The notes under the pieces are model-generated. The model was not told the origin of the DNA and did not search any database. It saw only the letters and a list, made by a program, of their open reading frames with translations. Positions 1 to 9,628 of a stretch of 55,378 nucleotides of DNA are shown here, piece by piece (positions within the stretch are counted from its first letter, which is position 1; each line of letters begins with the position of its first letter). A program made the translations under genes and the position numbers. Source of the DNA: Armatimonadota bacterium (GTDB lineage Bacteria; Armatimonadota; Zipacnadia; Zipacnadales; UBA11051); the NCBI GenBank assembly GCA_046483205.1, contig JAWODS010000209.1, positions 1-55,378 of the forward strand, in the 5' to 3' direction.

Positions 1-91
1 TGAATCGAAGCTGTTTGAAATCGTCGAAGGAACATCAGAAATCCAGCGACTGGTCATTGCCAACCGCCTTCTGAAAGAGGCCCAGTCGTAA
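1..91 (+). CDS. acyl-CoA (butyryl-CoA-type) dehydrogenase, C-terminal fragment; the 5' end lies outside the window
   Basis: The frame starting at nt 2 reads ESKLFEIVEGTSEIQRLVIANRLLKEAQS*. EGTSEIQRLVIA is the conserved C-terminal tail of acyl-CoA dehydrogenases. etfB-etfA lie immediately downstream. Confidence 0.75.
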   Translation, partial: ESKLFEIVEGTSEIQRLVIANRLLKEAQS

Positions 92-121
92 GAGTATAAT
101 TGCCCTTAGTGGGGGTTTTCA

Positions 122-916
122 ATGCGAATAATCGTATGTATCAAACAGGTGCCGGATACGACCGAGGTCCAGTTCGATGAAGAAAAGGGCACACTGATAC
201 GCGACGGCGTGCCACATATTATCAACCCGTTTGATGAAAACGCTATCGAGGCGGCGCTGACGCTCGTCGAGGAGCATGGTGGCGAGGTCATCGTCCTGAG
301 CATGGGCCCACCGCAGACCGAAGACCGCCTGCGCGAGGCAATTGCAATGGGTGCCGACCGCGCTGTTTTGCTGTGCGATCGTGCGCTGGCCGGAGGGGAC
401 ACGCTGGCCACCAGCTACTCGCTGGCCCAGGGCATCAGGAAGATAGGCGATTATGATCTTATCTTCACCGGCAAACAGGCCTTCGACGGCGACACCGGGC
501 AGGTTGGCCCGGGACTGGCGGAGCAGCTTGGAATCCCGCAGGTCACCTACGCCATTGAGATCGAAGAAGTGGACACTGAGAGCAACGAGATCCAGGTCCG
601 CAGACTGCTGGATGACGGTTTTGAAGTGGTGCGCACGAAGATGCCGTGTGTCGTCACTGCCGTCAAGCAGCTCAATGAGCCGCGCCTGGCGGGTCTCAAG
701 GGGCGGATGCAGGCCAAGAAAGCCGAGATTGATGTCTGGACGGCTGAAGAGATCGAGGCGGACTGCGACTGCTGTGGCCTGGATGGCTCGCCGACCAGTG
801 TGATTGAAGTCTTTACGCCCAGCCGTGATATCGAGGGTGAAAAGATCGAGGGCGAAACCCCCGAAGAGATTGCTCGGAAGCTTTTGGATGCACTAAGCGC
901 AGACAAGCTGGTGTAA
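122..916 (+). CDS. etfB: electron transfer flavoprotein beta subunit
   Basis: 264 aa. The N-terminus MRIIVCIKQVPD and the motif GKQAFDGDTGQVGP are typical of EtfB. It is paired with etfA. Confidence 0.9.
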   Translation: MRIIVCIKQVPDTTEVQFDEEKGTLIRDGVPHIINPFDENAIEAALTLVEEHGGEVIVLSMGPPQTEDRLREAIAMGADRAVLLCDRALAGGDTLATSYSLAQGIRKIGDYDLIFTGKQAFDGDTGQVGPGLAEQLGIPQVTYAIEIEEVDTESNEIQVRRLLDDGFEVVRTKMPCVVTAVKQLNEPRLAGLKGRMQAKKAEIDVWTAEEIEADCDCCGLDGSPTSVIEVFTPSRDIEGEKIEGETPEEIARKLLDALSADKLV

Positions 917-999
917 GCCCCATTCACAGGTGTCTGCAGCGAGCGGACCGTTGTGGATCGTGGCGATGATTTTGACAGTGTAGAATGTGAGGGTAGATC

Positions 1000-2199
1000 A
1001 TGCCGATCTATGTAGATGCAGAAAAATGTGTGGGCTGCGAGCAGTGTATCCCCGCGTGCCCCTATGGTGCCATAGAAATGCAGGATGGCGTGGCGGTATT
1101 TACCGAAGATTGCACGCAATGCGGCATGTGCATTTCAGCCTGCAGCTTCGGTGCGATTGTGCGGGAACGCACGGCGGTCTGCGACATCGATTTGTCCGAA
1201 TACTCGGGCGTCTGGGTGGTTGCAGAGCTGCATGACGAGGGGCTTGCTGATGTCACGCTGGAGCTTTTGGGCAAGGGCCGGGACCTGGCGGACCGCCTTG
1301 ACGAAGAGCTCAGCCTCGTCCTGCTCGGCAACGATGTGTCGGACCTTGCGGATGATGCGGCGAAGCACGGCGCTGACCGGGTGTATCTTGCCGAGGCGCC
1401 GGAGCTGGACCCCTACACCACCGGCCCCTACACCGATGTTATCACACGATTGATCAACCAGTACAAGCCGGAAATTGTCCTGATTGGCGCCACGGCTCTG
1501 GGCCGAGACCTTGCCTCGCGCATTGCTGCACGCATTGGCGCAGGTCTGACGGCGGATTGCACCGGGCTGGATATCGACCCGGATGAAAAGATCCTGGTGC
1601 AGACCCGCCCGGCCTACGGTGGCAATGTCATGGCGACAATCGTCTGCCGGCACGCACGTCCACAGATGGCGACCGTCCGACCAAGAGTCTTCAAACGATC
1701 GGAACCGCAGCCTGATAATAGGGCGGAGGTCATCGAAGTCCCCGTTGAAATTCGCGAAGAATCGCTGCTTACACGCGTTATTGAGATCATCAAGGAAGAA
1801 AGTGACGAAGCTGCGGATCTGCAGGACGCCGATATTATTGTCTCCGGCGGACGTGGCCTGGGAGCTCCGGAAAATTTCAAGCTTATCCGCGAGCTGGCCG
1901 AGGAGCTCGATGCTGCTGTTGGAGCGTCCCGTGCAACCGTGGACGCCGGCTGGATTCCCGCCTTCCACCAGGTGGGACAGACGGGCAAAACGGTGCATCC
2001 GAAGGTGTATATCGCCTGCGGGATATCGGGCGCCGTGCAGCACCTGGCGGGCATGAAATCATCCGACTGTATCGTGGCGATCAACAAGGACGCCAACGCG
2101 CCGATCTTTGATGTCGCTCACTACGGCATCGTGGGCGACCTTTTCGATATCGTCCCGGCTCTTACAAAGCAGCTTCGGAAGGAACGTGGAGCCACATGA
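1000..2199 (+). CDS. etfA: electron transfer flavoprotein alpha subunit with an N-terminal 2x[4Fe-4S] ferredoxin domain
   Basis: 399 aa. It has two CxxCxxCxxxCP/S motifs (CVGCEQCIPACP, CTQCGMCISACS). The C-terminus YIACGISGAVQHLAGM...VAINKD is the EtfA FAD-binding signature. SD GAGGG lies 6 nt upstream. Confidence 0.9.
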   Translation: MPIYVDAEKCVGCEQCIPACPYGAIEMQDGVAVFTEDCTQCGMCISACSFGAIVRERTAVCDIDLSEYSGVWVVAELHDEGLADVTLELLGKGRDLADRLDEELSLVLLGNDVSDLADDAAKHGADRVYLAEAPELDPYTTGPYTDVITRLINQYKPEIVLIGATALGRDLASRIAARIGAGLTADCTGLDIDPDEKILVQTRPAYGGNVMATIVCRHARPQMATVRPRVFKRSEPQPDNRAEVIEVPVEIREESLLTRVIEIIKEESDEAADLQDADIIVSGGRGLGAPENFKLIRELAEELDAAVGASRATVDAGWIPAFHQVGQTGKTVHPKVYIACGISGAVQHLAGMKSSDCIVAINKDANAPIFDVAHYGIVGDLFDIVPALTKQLRKERGAT

Positions 2200-3119
2200 T
2201 TGCTTTCGTATTTCCGGGCCAGGGCTCACAGAGTGTAGGGATGGGCCGGGAAATATACAACGAATTCGCGATCGCCACGGAGTACCTCGATGCCTTCGAC
2301 GAAGAGGCGGAGTTCCCGCTGCTTCTCATCATGTTCGAAGGGCCGAATGAGCGCCTGACAGCCACTGAGAACGCGCAGCCGGCGCTGGCCGCGCACTCAC
2401 TCACTGTTGCGCAAATCCTCCGGAAGGAGGGAATAGTGCCTGATATCGTCGCCGGCCACTCACTGGGAGAATACTCGGCCCTCGCAGTTGCAAAAACCTT
2501 CAACCCCTTTGATACCATAGATATCGTTCGCCAGCGCGGGCAGTTCATGGCAGAAGCCGGCACTCGCCTGGGGGGAACAATGGCGGCCGTTATCGGCCTG
2601 GATGCGCAGAAGGTTGAGGAGGCTGTCGCGTCAGTCGATGTGGGGGATGCTGTTGTGGCCAATTACAACTCGCCGGGGCAGACGGTGATATCCGGCAACG
2701 AAGATGCGGTGGAGGCGGCGGGGAAGGTCGCCGGGGAGATGGGCGCGAAGCGTGTCATCCCGCTGAATGTCAGCGGCGCTTTCCATTCACCACTCATGCA
2801 GCAGGCCGCGGACAGGCTGGCGGAGGTCCTCGCAGACACAGCGATGGATGATGCTGAACTGCCTGTCGTGACGAATGTTCTGGCAGTCCCGGAGCAGCGA
2901 GCGGCGGCGTTGAGAACCGGCCTCGTCAAGCAGCTCACTGAGCCGGTTCGCTGGGTGCAATCAGTCGAAAAGATGCTGGAAATGGGTGTGGACACATTTG
3001 TCGAGGTCGGTCCGGGGCGCGTTCTGTCCAAAATGCTGCAGCGGTCAGGCGTGGCCGCAGACGTTTACAGTACAGGGAGTGTGGACGAGATCCGGCAGGT
3101 CATCAACGACCTTGGCTGA
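2196..3119 (+). CDS. fabD: malonyl-CoA:ACP transacylase
   Basis: 307 aa. It shows FPGQGSQ and the active-site GHSLGEYSA. Its start overlaps the etfA stop (ATGA). Confidence 0.92.
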   Translation: MIAFVFPGQGSQSVGMGREIYNEFAIATEYLDAFDEEAEFPLLLIMFEGPNERLTATENAQPALAAHSLTVAQILRKEGIVPDIVAGHSLGEYSALAVAKTFNPFDTIDIVRQRGQFMAEAGTRLGGTMAAVIGLDAQKVEEAVASVDVGDAVVANYNSPGQTVISGNEDAVEAAGKVAGEMGAKRVIPLNVSGAFHSPLMQQAADRLAEVLADTAMDDAELPVVTNVLAVPEQRAAALRTGLVKQLTEPVRWVQSVEKMLEMGVDTFVEVGPGRVLSKMLQRSGVAADVYSTGSVDEIRQVINDLG

Positions 3120-3146
3120 TCCGCCGCAAAGGGAGGGCTGCATCAC

Positions 3147-3893
3147 ATGGAACTGAAAGATAAAGTGGCAATTGTCACCGGATGTGGTGGCGGTCTCGGG
3201 CGCGCCATTGCCCGGGAGCTGGCCGCCGCGGGCGCTCATATCGTCGTCAATGATATCCCCCCGGCCGAAGAGCAGGCAAACGACGTCGCCGAAATGGTCA
3301 GGGAGAACGGCGGCGGGGCCCTGGTGTGTCTTGGGAGTGTCACCTCCGAAGATGACGTCGATCTGATGGTGGATGCGGTCATGGACGAGTTCGGCCATAT
3401 CGATATTCTGATCAACAACGCCGGCATCACCCGCGACAGTCTGCTCATCCGTCTCAAAGAGGATGACTGGGACATGGTGCTGGATGTGAACCTCAAGGGC
3501 GGATTCTTGTGCACGAAGGGCGTGGCGCGGCCGATGATGAAGGCACGCGAGGGAAGTATCGTCAACATCGCCTCGGTGGCCGGGGTCATGGGCAACGCGG
3601 GCCAGGCGAACTACTCGGCGTCAAAGGGCGGTTTGATTGCACTAACCAAGACGACCGCCAAAGAGCTCGCGGGGCGCAACATCCGCTGCAACGCCGTCGC
3701 TCCGGGCTTCATCGAGACGGATATGACCGGCGTTCTTGATGAGGAGGTCAAAGAGCAGTGGCTCGCGAATATTCCGCTCGGGCGTGGTGGAAGTCCTGAG
3801 GAGGTCGCGAACGTTGTACGATTCCTCGCCGGTCCGAACGCATCATACATCACCGGTCAGGTTATCAATATTGACGGTGGCCTGATTATGTGA
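3147..3893 (+). CDS. fabG: 3-oxoacyl-ACP reductase (SDR)
   Basis: 248 aa. It has the TGxxxGLG cofactor motif, NNAG, and YSASKGG (YxxxK). SD GGGAGGG lies upstream. It sits in fab-cluster context. Confidence 0.9.
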   Translation: MELKDKVAIVTGCGGGLGRAIARELAAAGAHIVVNDIPPAEEQANDVAEMVRENGGGALVCLGSVTSEDDVDLMVDAVMDEFGHIDILINNAGITRDSLLIRLKEDDWDMVLDVNLKGGFLCTKGVARPMMKAREGSIVNIASVAGVMGNAGQANYSASKGGLIALTKTTAKELAGRNIRCNAVAPGFIETDMTGVLDEEVKEQWLANIPLGRGGSPEEVANVVRFLAGPNASYITGQVINIDGGLIM

Positions 3894-3971
3894 ACGGAGT
3901 ATCCAACGGCTGTGGCCGTTGAGATAGACACAATCCACATCTCAGCAACTGACAAAATGGAGGTAATCGCA

Positions 3972-4205
3972 TTGGCACTATTCGAGCAGGTCAAGGACAT
4001 TGTTGTAAGAGAGCTCTCTGTCCCCGAGGGACAGGTTACTGAAGAGGCGACTTTCACGGGGGATCTCAACGCTGACTCGCTGGATGTCGTTGAGCTCGTT
4101 ATGGCGTTCGAGGACGAGTTCGACGTGGAAATTCCGGACGAAGACGCCGAAAAGATCCAGACCGTTGGAGATGCAGTAAGCTATCTTGAAGAGCACACCA
4201 GCTAG
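3972..4205 (+). CDS. acpP: acyl carrier protein
   Basis: It carries the [32 protein letters not shown] phosphopantetheine-attachment motif. The listed ORF starts at 3912, but TTG at 3972 lies 8 nt after GGAGG (3959-3963). That start gives a 77-aa ACP with the DSL serine at position 36, as in canonical ACPs. Confidence 0.88.
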   Translation: MALFEQVKDIVVRELSVPEGQVTEEATFTGDLNADSLDVVELVMAFEDEFDVEIPDEDAEKIQTVGDAVSYLEEHTS

Positions 4206-4336
4206 GCTCCGCTCGTGCTGCCGGAAATAGACGGAAGCACTGGGCGGTTGCAGGCGCTGTCTGACAGAGATCTGAGGCGACGACGAGCGGCCGCCCGTAT
4301 CAGCTCTTCAGGTAATATGGTAATGGTGAATGATAC

Positions 4337-5572
4337 ATGGCGCGACGCGTAGTAATCACAGGATATGGAATGCTGTCATGTTTCGGGATCGGCCATGACG
4401 CTATCTGGGAGGCCGTGTGCGATGAGGCGTGCGGTATCGATCACATCACCCGTTTTGATGTGACTGAGTATGATTCCCAGATCGCCGCACAGGTTCCGGA
4501 TTTTGAGATGGACGAACGAGTTGACCCGAAGCTCAGCAAACGGGCGGACCGGTTTACCCAGTTTGCGCTTCAGGCCAGCCAGGAAGCGCTGGACATGGCC
4601 GGAATTGAGCGGACGGAGGAGCCCCGTGATGATATCGGGGTTTTGATCGGCTCCGGTATCGGTGGCATGGAGACATGGGAGGAGCAGTACGAGCGCCTCC
4701 TCAACAGGGGCCCCGGACGGGTCAGCCCATTTTTGGTGCCCATGCTCATCAGCGATATGGCGTCGGGGCTTGTTTCGATCATGATCGGAGCACGCGGCCC
4801 CAATCTCGCCGCTGTGACCGCCTGCGCGAGTGCCACTCACTCGACGGGCCTCGCCTTCGATATGATCCGTCACGGACGCAGCGAGATCATGGTGACCGGC
4901 GGAAGCGAGGCGGCAGTCACAAAGACGGCGCTGTCGGGCTTCTGCTCCGCACGCGCACTTTCAACGCGCAATGACGCCCCCAAAGATGCGTGCCGCCCGA
5001 TGGACCGGGACCGCGACGGGTTCGTCATCGGTGAAGGCTGCACTATTGTGATCCTGGAAGAGCTCGAGCATGCGAAGGCACGCGGTGCAGATATTTATGG
5101 AGAGCTCATCGGCTTCGGCATGAGCGGCGACGCGTATCATATCACCGCTCCGGAGCCCGAAGGGACTGGCGCTGTGCTGGCGATGGAAGCGGCGCTGAAG
5201 GACGCCGGACTCACCACTGACGACATCGACTACATCAACGCCCATGCGCCAGGAACACCACCCGGTGACGCGATGGAGGGGCACGCCCTGCTGGACCTGT
5301 TTGGCGAAGACACGCCACCCGTCAGTTCCACCAAGGGCAATCACGGCCATCAGCTCGGCGCAACCGGCGCCACGGAGCTCATTCTTTCATTGACCATGGC
5401 GCACGAAGGGTATATCCCGCCGACGCTCAACTGCGAAAACCCTGATGATTTTATGACGTTTGACATCGTCAGGGGGCAGGGGCGCGAAGTCGATATCGCG
5501 ACCATCATGAGCAACTCGTTTGGCTTCGGTGGCCACAACGCGGTCCTGATCGCCACAACGGCCGGTTACTGA
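4337..5572 (+). CDS. fabF: 3-oxoacyl-ACP synthase II
   Basis: 411 aa. It has the active-site region AVTACASATHS, HAPGTP, and the C-terminal NSFGFGGHNAVL. It follows acpP. Confidence 0.92.
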   Translation: MARRVVITGYGMLSCFGIGHDAIWEAVCDEACGIDHITRFDVTEYDSQIAAQVPDFEMDERVDPKLSKRADRFTQFALQASQEALDMAGIERTEEPRDDIGVLIGSGIGGMETWEEQYERLLNRGPGRVSPFLVPMLISDMASGLVSIMIGARGPNLAAVTACASATHSTGLAFDMIRHGRSEIMVTGGSEAAVTKTALSGFCSARALSTRNDAPKDACRPMDRDRDGFVIGEGCTIVILEELEHAKARGADIYGELIGFGMSGDAYHITAPEPEGTGAVLAMEAALKDAGLTTDDIDYINAHAPGTPPGDAMEGHALLDLFGEDTPPVSSTKGNHGHQLGATGATELILSLTMAHEGYIPPTLNCENPDDFMTFDIVRGQGREVDIATIMSNSFGFGGHNAVLIATTAGY

Positions 5573-5593
5573 ACCGTGATACGGTTCACTTTT
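5571..5593 (+). terminator. weak hairpin plus T-run directly after fabF
   Basis: GAACCG-tgata-CGGTTC (5571-5587) is followed by ACTTTTC. The stem is only 6 bp. Confidence 0.3.
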
Positions 5594-5670
5594 CAGACTG
5601 CTGCTGCGGCCCCTGTGGTGTTCAGGCAGGGGTCGCTGCGTTTCAGCAAAGATTGTGCAGGAGCATTGTC

Positions 5671-6399
5671 ATGACGCAGGAGCCGGACTGGGCGGAGGTT
5701 CGTGACAAATTGAATCTGCCCTCAGAGATGGACCTCACACTTCTCAGGCGCGCATTCTCACACGGGTCGTTCGTGCGGGAGAGCGACCGTGACCCGGTGG
5801 AGTCCAACCAGCGACTGGAGTTTCTCGGAGATGCGGTGCTGGACCTGGCGCTTGCGATGAAGCTGTATGAACAGCACCCGGATGTCGCCGAGGGTGAGCT
5901 TACAAAAATGAAGTCAATGCTCGTGCGTGCCGAGGCGCTGGAAACGGTGGCCAGAGACCGGGGCCTGAACCGCTTTCTACTACTCGGTCATGGCGAAGAA
6001 GAAGGCGGGGGACGGCAGAAGCCGTCCATACTTGCCGACTGCACCGAGGCCCTGATTGGCGCCATTTACCTGTCCTGTGGCTGGAACGCTGCGAGAGATT
6101 TCGTTCTCGATGCCTTCGACGCGCTTCTGGAAAGAAATACGGCGGGGGAGCTGGTCTTCGATCACAAGAGCAGACTGCAGGAGTTCCTCCAGGCGGTTGG
6201 GTACAGGCCCCCGGTGTACAGGCCGCTGCAGGTTAGCGGGCCCGATCATGATCGAACTTTTGTCATGGAAGCGGTGCTGAGTGGAAAACAAATCGGCATC
6301 GGAGAGGGTCCCAGCAAGCAGCAGGCCGAACAATCCGCCGCCCTGAATGCCCTTCAAACCCGGGATGAATGGCTTCCCGATGCGCTGCAGGGCGGATGA
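5671..6399 (+). CDS. rnc: ribonuclease III
   Basis: It carries the RNase III signature ERLEFLGDAVL and a C-terminal dsRBD (SGPDHDRTF...GEGPSKQQAEQSAA). ATG at 5671 is preferred over the ORF-track TTG at 5653. Confidence 0.9.
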   Translation: MTQEPDWAEVRDKLNLPSEMDLTLLRRAFSHGSFVRESDRDPVESNQRLEFLGDAVLDLALAMKLYEQHPDVAEGELTKMKSMLVRAEALETVARDRGLNRFLLLGHGEEEGGGRQKPSILADCTEALIGAIYLSCGWNAARDFVLDAFDALLERNTAGELVFDHKSRLQEFLQAVGYRPPVYRPLQVSGPDHDRTFVMEAVLSGKQIGIGEGPSKQQAEQSAALNALQTRDEWLPDALQGG

Positions 6400-6442
6400 G
6401 ACTTCATCCGAGTATCCTGAGAACCGTATGTGGTGGGTGGCG

Positions 6443-8875
6443 ATGAGCTCCGAACGATCACACAAAACTGTTCTCGCCGCAATTGTCCTCGCGCTTCTTT
6501 CCTCCACAGCCTTTGCCGCCTCCCATGGGCCATACACCTTCCTTTACGGGATGGATATGGCCGCGGCAGACCAGGTCCTGAGCGATTCAGTGGAACTGGG
6601 GCTGAATACGATCTACATTGATCTGAAGGCCGGCGATTTGGATGATCTGTCATCGGTGCGCCGCCTTGTCCATCACGCCGCCGGCTGGGGCTTTGAGGTC
6701 ATCGTCGGCCTCCCCACGACCACCTTCACCCGCAGGCCTCTGTCACCGTATTCCAGCGATTACCGTGCGGCAGTGTCCGACATGCTTGCCCGCACCGTCT
6801 CGGCGCTTTCGGACGAACCGGGCTTGAGCGCCTGGGCGACAGGGCATTATCTGGAGAAACATATTAGCTACACCGACGGCGACTTCCGGCAATTCCTGCA
6901 AAAGCGCTATGGCACGATTACGACCCTGAATGAGGCGTGGGGATCCGATTACCAGAGATGGAGGGCGATAAACCAGGAGGATGCTCTGGGCCTGAATGAA
7001 GATGATGTCTTTATCGGGAAAGCCGCCATTGATGTCGCCGATTACAGGGAGGCAGCGTACCGCGAGCTTCTTGACCTGTGGGCCGCAGAAATCCGTAAAC
7101 ACGATCCCAACCGGCCGTTGATGACGGGGCTGATCAGCCTCTATCGCTCCATTCCCTCGGTGCCGGACAGCTACAACGTTATCGCCGTGACCATGCCCCC
7201 GGAGATTATGACCCCCGGAGATGTCCCCGACGCCGGCACTCACAACGTTCACGCTGCGGATATGGCGCGGCGCGGGGGGCGGTTTGATGTCGTCACCACC
7301 CTGCGACTGCCTCTTTCGGATATCGACCGCATCGCGGAGTGGGTGAGAGAAGCGGACCTGCATGGAGCCTCGGGTATCGGCCTGGAAAACTGGGAGCGGC
7401 TGTCCGAAAACCGTCATCTCATGCGGGTGCTGAAGCGGGTTCTGAACGAGCAGTGGGAATACAGCTCCCTGCAGAGCAGCCCTCAGCCGTGTGCAGCAGT
7501 CATCCATTCGCCATACGCCGAGGGCTACAGCGTCCTGGATGTGCCGGTATATGGCTACCTCAGGGGATTTGCGACCGGGCAGCCAACGAGCCCGATTGAG
7601 GACCTGCGTCTCGGAACCTGTTTCGGCATAATTGACGTCCTGGCCCCTTCAGACCTGGATGCGGTAGATCTTCAGCGTTACAGCGTCCTGATCGCACCCA
7701 CGGCTGTGGGGCTAACGCGTCAGCAGTGCATCATCCTGTCGCAGTACGTCAGGAAAGGTGGCGCACTGATCACCGACATCGGAGCGGGGATGGCGCTGTC
7801 GGCTTCCTTTTTGTCCATCCCGCCAGACCTGCAGCAGGTACTGGGGGTCCAGAAGCTGGTGGATCCCGCTGCCCGGGCGGGTAACCTGCGCGTATCGGCG
7901 CGTTTACCGAGCTTTCCTGATTTGCGAGTGGGGATGGAGAGCGAGGGAACGTTTGAAATCCAGGTGGCGAGATCGAACGATACGGTCACCACTCGGGCCG
8001 GGGAGTATGCGGTGAGTTCGCCCTCCGCCTTCGCATCCACATCCGGGGGGGCCAGGGCACTGGCGGTGATGGAGGCGCGTCCGGATAAGGATACGGAGGA
8101 TGTGCAACTGCCTCCGTCACTTCAAGAGCAGGGTGTAGAGATGCGCAGTAAGCCGGGCCTGTTCTGCGGGCTGCTGCATAACCGCTACGGCAGCGGTGTG
8201 AGTATCTTCGCCACACATCACATCTATCCGTACTGGCCGCTTTCGGATGCTGTGAACACGGCCCTGCACTATGATCTGATGGCACGCCGGGCGCCATGTG
8301 AGCTTGTCGATGCGGCATTTCTGCCCGATAACGTCGAGATGAGCTGGCAGGGAGACGGTGTGCGGCTGTTAAATCCCGGTCTCCGGCCGCAGAGCTACCC
8401 CCTGGCGCTGTATGGGATGCACGACAGGCTGTTGAATGCCGCTTTGAACGAAACTTTCGCAGAGGTCCGGGAGGATCGCGGCCGGCAATTGGCGGTCGTT
8501 TCTGTCCCCGGTCAGCGAGTGATCTATTTCCCGCTGACTAATATACAGGTGCAGCCATACACCGGCAGTGTGAAGAGCCTCATTGAAAGGCTGAATCCGT
8601 CAGGGCTGAAACTGTCGGTCGGAGGGCCGGGGTCGCAGGTGCGGCAGGGCAGAGGGGGGCGGCCGGAGTTGACGAGGGCGGATGCGTCGGTCACGGTGCG
8701 CGTCACCATCAGCGACAGTGAGAGGTATCCTGTCACGAACGGCTCGACGCACACTGTGACAATCACGCGCAGGCGGGGTCACACTGACAGCTTCCGGGTC
8801 ACAGCCACGCCGGAGGGATTGAGCTTCAAAGCGGAGATTGACCGCAACACCATAGAAATAGCGCCGGCGGGGTAA
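6443..8875 (+). CDS. secreted glycoside-hydrolase-like protein, distantly GH42 (beta-galactosidase)-like
   Basis: The signal peptide is MSSERSHKTVLAAIVLALLSSTAFA/AS. A TIM-barrel-like N-terminal half carries YGTITTLNEAWGSDYQRW (compare the GH42 LNEAWGT.FWS motif). A middle segment, RYSVLIAPTAVGLTRQQCIILSQYVRKGGALITD, resembles the GH42 trimerisation/GATase-like domain. The start could be 6428 or 6443. Confidence 0.5.
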   Translation: MSSERSHKTVLAAIVLALLSSTAFAASHGPYTFLYGMDMAAADQVLSDSVELGLNTIYIDLKAGDLDDLSSVRRLVHHAAGWGFEVIVGLPTTTFTRRPLSPYSSDYRAAVSDMLARTVSALSDEPGLSAWATGHYLEKHISYTDGDFRQFLQKRYGTITTLNEAWGSDYQRWRAINQEDALGLNEDDVFIGKAAIDVADYREAAYRELLDLWAAEIRKHDPNRPLMTGLISLYRSIPSVPDSYNVIAVTMPPEIMTPGDVPDAGTHNVHAADMARRGGRFDVVTTLRLPLSDIDRIAEWVREADLHGASGIGLENWERLSENRHLMRVLKRVLNEQWEYSSLQSSPQPCAAVIHSPYAEGYSVLDVPVYGYLRGFATGQPTSPIEDLRLGTCFGIIDVLAPSDLDAVDLQRYSVLIAPTAVGLTRQQCIILSQYVRKGGALITDIGAGMALSASFLSIPPDLQQVLGVQKLVDPAARAGNLRVSARLPSFPDLRVGMESEGTFEIQVARSNDTVTTRAGEYAVSSPSAFASTSGGARALAVMEARPDKDTEDVQLPPSLQEQGVEMRSKPGLFCGLLHNRYGSGVSIFATHHIYPYWPLSDAVNTALHYDLMARRAPCELVDAAFLPDNVEMSWQGDGVRLLNPGLRPQSYPLALYGMHDRLLNAALNETFAEVREDRGRQLAVVSVPGQRVIYFPLTNIQVQPYTGSVKSLIERLNPSGLKLSVGGPGSQVRQGRGGRPELTRADASVTVRVTISDSERYPVTNGSTHTVTITRRRGHTDSFRVTATPEGLSFKAEIDRNTIEIAPAG

Positions 8876-8911
8876 AACCCACCGACGCTCCTCGCAACGC
8901 TGATAGACGTG

Positions 8912-9583
8912 TTACTCCTGTCCGGACGTTTCCTTCTGCAGCTTTTCCCAGTCAGCCAGAAAGCCTTCGAGGCCGCGGTCGGTCAGCGGGTGATTGAACA
9001 TCTTGTCCATCACATCAAAGGGCACTGTGGCGATGTGTGCCCCCCAGACGGCGGACTGCTGCACGTGTTCGGGCCGGCGCACACTGGCGACGATGATCTC
9101 CGTATCGTAGTCGTAGGCCCGGTAGATGTCAGCAATTTCCTCGATGATCGGCAGAGCCGCCTGGCTCATGCACATGTCTTCGATGCGGCCGAGAAATGGT
9201 GAGCAGTAACTTCCCCCGGCCTTTGCGGCGATGAGCGCCTGGGCGGTGGTGAAAACGAGAGTGATGTTGGTGTCGATGCCCTCCTGGGAAAGAATTTTGA
9301 CCGCCGCCATGCCCTCTTTTGTCATCGGAATCTTCACAACGATATTATCGGCCCACATGGCAAGGTTGCGCGCTTCCTCCAGCATGCCCTCGGTGTCCAG
9401 ACTGACGACCTCGGCACTGACAGGACGATCCCCCATAATCTCGCAGATCTTTCGGATCTGTGTCTCAAAATCGTTCCCCTCACGGGATACGAGGGTTGGA
9501 TTGGTTGTCACGCCATCCACCACGCCCCAGCTGTCGGCTTCTTTTATCTCCTCGATATTGGCCGTATCAACGAAAAATTTCAT
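8912..9583 (-). CDS. tal: transaldolase / fructose-6-phosphate aldolase (short, type 3B)
   Basis: 223 aa. [16 protein letters not shown]...GVTTNPTL...VKIP...TLVF matches the short TalC/Fsa family. Confidence 0.88.
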   Translation of the reverse strand: MKFFVDTANIEEIKEADSWGVVDGVTTNPTLVSREGNDFETQIRKICEIMGDRPVSAEVVSLDTEGMLEEARNLAMWADNIVVKIPMTKEGMAAVKILSQEGIDTNITLVFTTAQALIAAKAGGSYCSPFLGRIEDMCMSQAALPIIEEIADIYRAYDYDTEIIVASVRRPEHVQQSAVWGAHIATVPFDVMDKMFNHPLTDRGLEGFLADWEKLQKETSGQE

Positions 9584-9628
9584 TCGTATTGTTCATCCTT
9601 CCATCACAGGATATGCGGTTGATAGGAC

